A stretch of 64,000 nt of DNA, taken from assembly GCA_002269645.1 (NCBI GenBank), contig NIVC01003084.1, forward strand, positions 1-64,000. Direction: 5' to 3'. The notes under the pieces are model-generated. The model saw only the letters and a program-made list of their open reading frames with translations, was not told where the DNA came from and searched no databases. Shown in pieces: positions 55,957-64,000 of the stretch. Position 1 is the first letter of the stretch, and each line of letters opens with the position of its first letter. The translations under genes were made by a program, and so were the position numbers. This DNA is from Macrostomum lignano. Lineage: Eukaryota.

Positions 55957-58900
55957 CTATCTAACAAAGTCCAGCACTAATTCCACGTGGCGGCAATTCG
56001 GGAACAGATCGATAGGCTGGCAGCTGGCCAATCGGAATGGCCGGCCCGAGCCTTCAGGCATCAGCAGGCGGAGGAAATTGTCGGTCGGCTGGCCCTCCGG
56101 CCGGCAGGAGATGTACACTATTCGGTCAACGGTCGGGCAGGCTCGGATTGCGGACACCGAGGCGTCGTCAAGGCCGTCGCGGGCCGGGTTCAGCACGCAG
56201 CAGACGCTGTCAGCAGAGAAGCAGCTGTCAATAGCTGACAGGCGATTAGCAAAGAAGGTGGCAGCGTCCTCGCAGTGATATTGAAATGCGTTGCTAGGCA
56301 ACCCGTTTAGCCTGGCGTTGTCAAGAGCGTCACGCACGGCGGACTGGTTGGAGTCGAAGCCGATTAGCTGGTCGAATTGCCGACTGTCGAACAGCACCTG
56401 GCCGACGACGCCGGTGCCGCAGAAGGCGTCTATAAGCAGACGGCGGCGTGGCGGCGATGACGGGGGCAGCTCCGCAGCCAGCAGCTGGCGCAGGTAGCCG
56501 TACAGGGTCTCAGCAGCTACCGTGTTGTTCTGAAAAAACGAATGCGGCCGAACTTTGAAGCGCCGGTCCAGCAGGCGCTGGTGCAGCGAGTCGCGGCCGA
56601 ATAGGTGTCGCGGCTCCACAGGCTGGAAGCAGTTACTGCTGGCCTGGCTGTAGCCAGACACCAGGTTGAGGCCGGAGCGGAGCACCGCCGGGAAGAACTG
56701 GCGAGTCTGCAAATTAACACGTTGACATGCTAGACTAGAAGCTTTACAGGCTCGAATTGCTATTGAGAGAGACTTTCCGATAGGACATAATAAAAACGGC
56801 ATTGAAATTGGCTCCAAATTTATTGTTAATTAGCAAATTTTCATGCACGGAAAGCTTATTACCGTTTTCCTTAGTTCCAGTCTAGGCATCAAGAAAGGGT
56901 CTGTAGCTAGACAGGGCATAGCTATCGAGAGGTAAGACCATAAGGAGGCCATGACCCCCCAATCGTCTGGAAAAGTAATTGACGCCCCTTTGTACTCCTT
57001 TGGCGCTCCTAGTGCTGGTGTCCCCTGGTGCTGGTGTCCCCTGGTGCTAGCGCCCCTGGTGCTGGCGTCCCCTGATGCTGGTGTCTCCTGACGCTGGTGT
57101 CCCCTGGAGCTGATGTCTCCTGGCGCTGGTGTCTCCTGGTGCTGATGTCTCCTGGCGCTGGTGTCTCCTGGTGCTGGTGTCCCCTGGTGCTGGCGCCCCT
57201 GGTGCTGGCGCCCCTGGTGCTGGCGCCCCTGGTGCTGGCGGCCCCTGGTGCTGGTGTCTCCTGGCGCTGGTGTCCCCTGGTGCTGGCGCCCCTGGTGATG
57301 GCGCCCCTGGTGCTGGCGCCCCTGGTGCTGGCGCCCCTGGTGCTGGCGCCCCTGGTGATGACGCCCCTGGTGCTGGCGCCCCTGGTGCTGGCGCCCCTGG
57401 TGCTGGCGCCCCTGGTGCTGGCGCCCCTAGTGCTGGCGCCCCTGGTGCTGGCGCCCCTGGTGCTGGCGCCCCTGGTGCTGGTGTCTCCTGGCGCTGGTGT
57501 CCCCTGGTGCTGATGTCTCCTGGCGCTGGTGTCTCCTGGTGCTGGTGTCCCCTGGTGCTGGTGTCCCCTGGTGCTGGCGCCCCTGGTGCTGGCGCCCCTG
57601 GTGCTGGCGCCCCTGGTGCTGGCGCCCTGGTGCTGGCGCCCCTGGTGCTGGCGCCCCTGGTGATGGCTCTGGTGCTGGTGTCTCCTGGTGCTGGTGTCCC
57701 CTGGTGCTGGCGCCCCTGGTGCTGGCGCCCCTGGTGCTGGCGCCCCTGGTGATGGCGCCCCTGGTGCTGGCGCCCCTGGTGATGGCTCTGGTGCTGGTGT
57801 CTCCTGGTGCTGGTGTCCCCTGGTGCTGGCGCCCCTGGTGCTGGCGCCCCTGGTGATGGCGCCCCTGGTGCTGGCGCCCCTGGTGATGGCGCCCCTGGTG
57901 CTGGCGCCCCTGGTGCTGGCGCCCCTGGTGCTGGCGCCCCTGGTGATGGCGCCCCTGGTGCTGGCGCCCCTGGTGATGGCGCCCCTGGTGCTGACGCCCC
58001 TGGTGCTGGCGCCCCTGGTGCTGGTGTCTCCTGGCGCTGGTGTCCCCTGGTGCTGATGTCTCCTGGCGCTGGTGTCTCCTGGTGCTGGTGTCCCCTGGTG
58101 CTGGCGCCCCTGGTGATGGCGCCCCTGGTGCTGGCGCCCCTGGTGCTGGCGCCCTGGTGCTGGCGCCCTGGTGCTGGCGCCCCTGGTGATGGCTCTGGTG
58201 CTGGCGCCCCTGGTGATGGCTCTGGTGCTGGTGTCTCCTGGTGCTGGTGTCCCCTGGTGCTGGCGCCCCTGGTGCTGGCGCCCCTGGTGCTGGCGCCCCT
58301 GGTGCTGGCGCCCCTGGTGCTGGCGCCCCTGGTGCTGGCGCCCCTGGTGCTGGCGCCCCTGGTGCTGGCGCCCCTGGTGCTGGCGCCCCTGGAGCTGGCG
58401 CCACTGGTGCTGGCGCCCCTGGTGCTGGCGCACAGTAAAATAAATTTCCCGCCACAAATTAACACTAGAGCTTCACCAAGTTAAGCAGAGTTGGTCTCGG
58501 TTAGTATGCACTTGAGTAGGTTTCTTGTGTTACTCCCCAATAAACGAGTGGCACATTAAACGGAGCTCAAGTCCACCCTGCTGGGATGGGGTATAGCAGC
58601 TCTGAGCTGACGTAGGCACACTGGGTGGCAGTTGTAGCCCCAACAGACATTTCTATCAACCGCACTAACCAGCTCAGACAGTAGCCGAGCCTCGGCCCCA
58701 GCTGGCAGCTGTCCGTGGTAGCAAACCTCCAGCATCAGCTCGTCATCGTGATTAGTCCTGGCAACCAGGCCGGCCCAGGCCCCGTCTGGTTTCCTATGCT
58801 TATCGTAGGGATCGAATTGACTCTGGCCGCTGCGCAGGAAATCGGTGAATAATTGAAATACTCTGGCGTGAATCGGGCAGGTGCTAGCCAGGTGTTCAAC

Positions 58901-59356
58901 GCTGAATCCGACTCGGCGGTGCGGGAAGCCGGGCTCGAACATTCGCACCTGCATGCTGTGACCAACCAGCGGCCAGCCGTCCGGGTCGAACAGCACCGAC
59001 GCGCTGTTCCGGTTGCGGCGCCACCAACCCCGGCCAGGCGGGTGCAGCACCGGTGGCACCGGGCACAGGGCTTCAGCTCGGCTGCCACCCTCGGCCTCGC
59101 CGCTGCGTAGGCAATTGGTTAAACGGCCTATTAGGGCCGCTACTCGGCGATGCTTGAGCTCAAGTTGAGCAGTGTAGGGCAGCGGCTGCAACGGCTGCAC
59201 GTGCTGTCGGATTCGATCGTGAGGCCTGGCCACCCTGGACAGGACCGGGGAGGCGCGGAACGGCCGGCGCAGACAGCCGGCAGATGCGGGCACCGCGGCA
59301 TCCAGACAGGCCGCCACTGCGCTACCTGCGACTGATGCTGTTGCTGCCGCTGCCGA
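55957..59356 (-). CDS. TRMT2: tRNA/rRNA (uracil-5-)-methyltransferase, TRMT2/TrmA family (TRMT2B-like), 2 visible exons
   Basis: Exon 59356-58670 (VQPLQPLPYTAQL...) splices in phase 0 (GTTAGT / TTTGCAG) to 56706-55957 (PHSFFQNN, LIDAFCGTG SAM motif, VYISC nucleophile, DLFPNCRHVE). No RRM is seen and the start codon is not located. Confidence 0.87.
57010..58432. repeat. GC-rich 15-bp minisatellite (GGTGCTGGCGCCCCT), ~95 copies, TRMT2 intron
   Basis: Direct tandem with variants. Confidence 0.96.
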
Positions 59357-59384
59357 CTGGAGGTACGAAAATAAGTTGTTAGAT

Positions 59385-60575
59385 AAAGTGTGGTGCTGAC
59401 ACTAATGAACCTAACTATAGTGTGGTGCTGACACTAATGAACCTAACTATAGTGTGGTGCTGACACTAATGAACCTAACTATAGTGTAGCACTGACACTA
59501 ATGGACCTAACTATAGTGTAGCACTGACACTAATGAACCTAACTATAGTGTAGCACTGACACTAATGAACCTAACTATAGTGTAGCACTGACACTAATGA
59601 ACCTAACTATAGTGTAGCACTGACACTAATGAACCTAACTATAGTGTAGCACTGACACTAATGAACCTAACTATAGTGTAGCACTGACACTAATGAACCT
59701 AACTATAGTGTGGTGCTGACACTAATGAACCTAACTATAGTGTAGCACTGACACTAATGGACCTAACTATAGTGTAGCACTGACACTAATGAACCTAACT
59801 ATAGTGTAGCACTGACACTAATGAACCTAACTATAGTGTAGCACTGACACTAATGAACCTAACTATAGTGTAGCACTGACACTAATGAACCTAACTATAG
59901 TGTAGCACTGACACTAATGAACCTAACTATAGTGTAGCACTGACACTAATGGACCTAACTATAGTGTAGCACTGACACTAATGGACCTAACTATAGTGTA
60001 GCACTGACACTAATGGACCTAACTATAGTGTAGCACTGACACTAATGGACCTAACTATAGTGTAGCACTGACACTAATGGACCTAACTATAGTGTAGCAC
60101 TGACACTAATGGACCTAACTATAGTTTAGCACTGACACTAATGGACCTAACTATAGTGTAGCACTGACACTAATGGACCTAACTATAGTGTAGCACTGAC
60201 ACTAATGGACCTAACTATAGTGTAGCACTGACACTAATGGACCTAACTATAGTGTAGCACTGACACTAATGGACCTAACTATAGTGTAGCACTGACACTA
60301 ATGGACCTAACTATAGTGTAGCACTGACACTAATGGACCTAACTATAGTGTAGCACTGACACTAATGGACCTAACTATAGTGTAGCACTGACACTAATGG
60401 ACCTAACTATAGTGTAGCACTGACACTAATGGACCTAACTATAGTGTAGCACTGACACTAATGGACCTAACTATAGTGTAGCACTGACACTAATGGACCT
60501 AACTATAGTGTAGCACTGACACTAATGGACCTAACTATAGTGTAGCACTGACACTAATGAACCTAACTATAGTGT
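59385..60575. repeat. 32-bp array A1 (CTGACACTAATGGACCTAACTATAGTGTAGCA), ~37 copies
   Basis: 32-bp periodicity. Confidence 0.97.
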
Positions 60576-61321
60576 GGCACTGACACTAAAAGACCCAGTT
60601 GGAGTGTAGCACTGGGACACTAAAAGACCCAGTTGGAGTGTGGCACTGACACTAAAAGACCCAGTTGGAGTGTGGCACTGACACTAAAAGACCCAGTTGG
60701 AGTGTGGCACTGACATTTAAAGACCCAGTTGGAGTGTGGCACTGACACTAAAAGACCCAGTTGGAGTGTGGCACTGACACTAAAAGACCCAGTTGGAGTG
60801 TGGCACTGACACTAAAAGACCCAGTTGGAGTGTGGCACTGACACTAAAAGACCCAGTTGGAGTGTGGCACTGACACTAAAAGACCCAGTTGGAGTGTGGC
60901 ACTGACACTAAAAGACCCAGTTGGAGTGTGGCACTGACACTAAAAGACCCAGTTGGAGTGTGGCACTGACACTAAAAGACCCAGTTGGAGTGTGGCACTG
61001 ACACTAAAAGACCCAGTTGGAGTGTGGCACTGACACTAAAAGACCCAGTTGGAGTGTGGCACTGACACTAAAAGACCCAGTTGGAGTGTGGCACTGACAC
61101 TAAAAGACCCAGTTGGAGTGTGGCACTGACACTAAAAGACCCAGTTGGAGTGTGGCACTGACACTAAAAGACCCAGTTGGAGTGTGGCACTGACACTAAA
61201 AGACCCAGTTGGAGTCTGGCACTGACACTAAAAGACCCAGTTGGAGTCTGGCACTGACACTAAAAGACCCAGTTGGAGTCTGGCACTGACACTAAAAGAC
61301 CCAGTTGGAGTCTGGCACTGA
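60576..61321. repeat. 32-bp array B1 (CTGACACTAAAAGACCCAGTTGGAGTGTGGCA), ~23 copies
   Basis: 32-bp periodicity; related to unit A. Confidence 0.97.
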
Positions 61322-61759
61322 TATAATAATTGAAGCGAATGAAGCCAACTGAAAGCCGTGTATAAACAATAAAATCACGATAGACGGCGTTCTGCAATTC
61401 GAAGCTATTGAAATCCGTGTAAACAGCGAATGGCCTGCTTATTAATACATTTTTAATACAAAAAATTGGAGACACGAAACAGATTACAAGAAAGACACAA
61501 AAAGACTGCCACAATTAACTGGAGTATAGAACATTAATTTTGTTAATAAATCTTTGCCTATTTTTATATTGATATTAGAGTAACTAAATCATTCATTTCC
61601 AAACATGCATAATAATTAACAGATGGAAATAAAAAACGGTAGAAAAAAATGGAAATGCTTTCCTCGTGTTTTTTCAAGAGAATTTAATAGTAAAGTTCAT
61701 TGTGCAACAGAATTAAGTATTGTTACCTTTTAGCATAATGAGTTAGCATAATTAGATAA

Positions 61760-62885
61760 AGTGTGGTGCTGACACTAATGAACCTAACTATAGTGTAGCA
61801 CTGACACTAATGAACCTAACTATAGTGTAGCACTGACACTAATGAACCTAACTATAGTGTAGCACTGACACTAATGAACCTAACTATAGTGTAGCACTGA
61901 CACTAATGGACCTAACTATAGTGTAGCACTGACACTAATGGACCTAACTATAGTGTAGCACTGACACTAATGGACCTAACTATAGTGTAGCACTGACACT
62001 AATGGACCTAACTATAGTGTAGCACTGACACTAATGGACCTAACTATAGTGTGGCACTGACACTAATGGACTTAACTATAGTGTAGCACTGACACTAATG
62101 GACCTAACTATAGTGTAGCACTGACACTAATGGACCTAACTATAGTGTAGCACTGACACTAATGGACCTAACTATAGTGTAGCACTGACACTAATGAACC
62201 TAACTATAGTGTGGCACGGACACTAATGAACCTAACTATAGTGTAGCACTGACACTAATGAACCTAACTATAGTGTAGCACTGACACTAATGAACCTAAC
62301 TATAGTGTAGCACTGACACTAATGAACCTAACTATAGTGTAGCACTGACACTAATGAACCTAACTATAGTGTAGCACTGACACTAATGGACCTAACTATA
62401 GTGTGGCACTGACACTAATGGACTTAACTATAGTGTAGCACTGACACTAATGGACCTAACTATAGTGTAGCACTGACACTAATGGACCTAACTATAGTGT
62501 AGCACTGACACTAATGGACCTAACTATAGTGTAGCACTGACACTAATGAACCTAACTATAGTGTGGCACGGACACTAATGAACCTAACTATAGTGTAGCA
62601 CTGACACTAATGAACCTAACTATAGTGTAGCACTGACACTAATGAACCTAACTATAGTGTAGCACTGACACTAATGAACCTAACTATAGTGTAGCACTGA
62701 CACTAATGAACCTAACTATAGTGTAGCACTGACACTAATGGACCTAACTATAGTGTGGCACTGACACTAATGGACTTAACTATAGTGTAGCACTGACACT
62801 AATGGACCTAACTATAGTGTAGCACTGACACTAATGGACCTAACTATAGTGTAGCACTGACACTAATGGACCTAACTATAGTGTG
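61760..62885. repeat. 32-bp array A2, ~35 copies, with 352-bp higher-order unit
   Basis: GACTT variant at 62069, 62421 and 62773. Confidence 0.96.
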
Positions 62886-63694
62886 GCACTGACACTAAAA
62901 GACCCAGTTGGAGTGTAGCACTGGGACACTAAAAGACCCAGTTGGAGTGTGGCACTGACACTAAAAGACCCAGTTGGAGTGTGGCACTGACACTAAAAGA
63001 CCCAGTTGGAGTGTGGCACTGACATTTAAAGACCCAGTTGGAGTGTGGCACTGACACTAAAAGACCCAGTTGGAGTGTGGCACTGACACTAAAAGACCCA
63101 GTTGGAGTGTGGAACTGACACTAAAAGACCCAGTTGGAGTGTGGCACTGACACTAAAAGACCCAGTTGGAGTGTGGCACTGACACTAAAAGACCCAGTTG
63201 GAGTGTGGCACTGACACTAAAAGACCCAGTTGGAGTGTGGCACTGACACTAAAAGACCCAGTTGGAGTGTGGCACTGACACTAAAAGACCCAGTTGGAGT
63301 GTGGCACTGACACTAAAAGACCCAGTTGGAGTGTGGCACTGACACTAAAAGACCCAGTTGGAGTGTGGCACTGACACTAAAAGACCCAGTTGGAGTGTGG
63401 CACTGACACTAAAAGACCCAGTTGGAGTGTGGCACTGACACTAAAAGACCCAGTTGGAGTGTGGCACTGACACTAAAAGACCCAGTTGGAGTGTGGCACT
63501 GACACTAAAAGACCCAGTTGGAGTGTGGCACTGACACTAAAAGACCCAGTTGGAGTGTGGCACTGACACTAAAAGACCCAGTTGGAGTCTGGCACTGACA
63601 CTAAAAGACCCAGTTGGAGTCTGGCACTGACACTAAAAGACCCAGTTGGAGTCTGGCACTGACACTAAAAGACCCAGTTGGAGTCTGGCACTGA
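62886..63694. repeat. 32-bp array B2, ~25 copies
   Basis: Same unit and same boundary variants as B1. Confidence 0.96.
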
Positions 63695-64000
63695 TATAAT
63701 AATTGAAGCGAATGAAGCCAACTGAAAGCCGTGTATAAACAATAAAATCACGATAGACGGCGTTCTGCAATTCGAAGCTATTGAAATCCGTGTAAACAGC
63801 GAATGGCCTGCTTATTAATACATTTTTAATACAAAAAATTGGAGACACGAAACAGATTACAAGAAAGACACAAAAAGACTGCCACAATTAACTGGAGTAT
63901 AGAACATTAATTTTGTTAATAAATCTTTGCCTATTTTTATATTGATATTAGAGTAACTAAATCATTCATTTCCAAACATGCATAATAATTAACAGATGGA

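Larger units (their letters stand above)
59378..64000. repeat. ~2.37-kb tandem duplication [array A + array B + unique spacer] x2 (second copy runs off the window)
   Basis: The unique spacer 61322-61757 is repeated from 63695 (offset 2373). Confidence 0.92.

Noticed and set aside
57009-58484. Long collagen/elastin-like ORFs (GAPGA repeats, up to 482 aa) in several frames
   Set aside because: They are translations of a stop-free 15-bp minisatellite inside the TRMT2 intron, open in many frames at once.
61260-61514. 84-aa ORF with hydrophobic N-terminus in the duplicated spacer (copy at 63633-63887)
   Set aside because: No ATG, it ends inside the satellite, and no homology is recognisable. It could still hide a 5' exon.
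59385-63694. CRISPR-like appearance of the 32-bp arrays (also the 25-42-bp arrays)
   Set aside because: The units are head-to-tail with no unique spacers, there are no cas genes, and the context is eukaryotic.

Overview
Eukaryotic (animal) genomic DNA. GC- and CpG-rich coding exons, AT-rich CpG-poor intergenic DNA and a different minisatellite in most larger introns suggest a free-living flatworm such as Macrostomum; the taxon is an inference. Seven host genes are supported: intronless SMARCE1/BAF57 (+); intronless SLC16/MCT transporter (-); a 5-exon highly divergent SLC6-like transporter (-); a class VI POU gene (+); a 31-exon EEA1-like C2H2/coiled-coil/FYVE gene (-); a 6-finger C2H2 gene (-); and a TRMT2-family methyltransferase (-). 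Intron 4 of the SLC6-like gene holds an intact Ty3/Gypsy (Mag-like) LTR retrotransposon with apparently identical LTRs and a 5-bp TSD. The first ~8 kb holds decayed DNA transposons (a MULE with a 9-bp TSD, hAT-type MITEs) with a clear CpG-deamination signature. Main observations: (1) EEA1 contains seven tandem 51+78-nt phase-2 exon pairs and 63-nt intra-exon repeats that lengthen its coiled coil; (2) the SLC6 lacks the canonical Na+/substrate motifs; (3) the TRMT2 gene has no obvious ATG and may take one from a spliced leader; (4) three genes each carry a 1-nt frameshift, probably assembly errors; (5) satellites show nested higher-order structure (92, ~164, 352 and 2373 bp). All analysis was by eye, and copy numbers are approximate.
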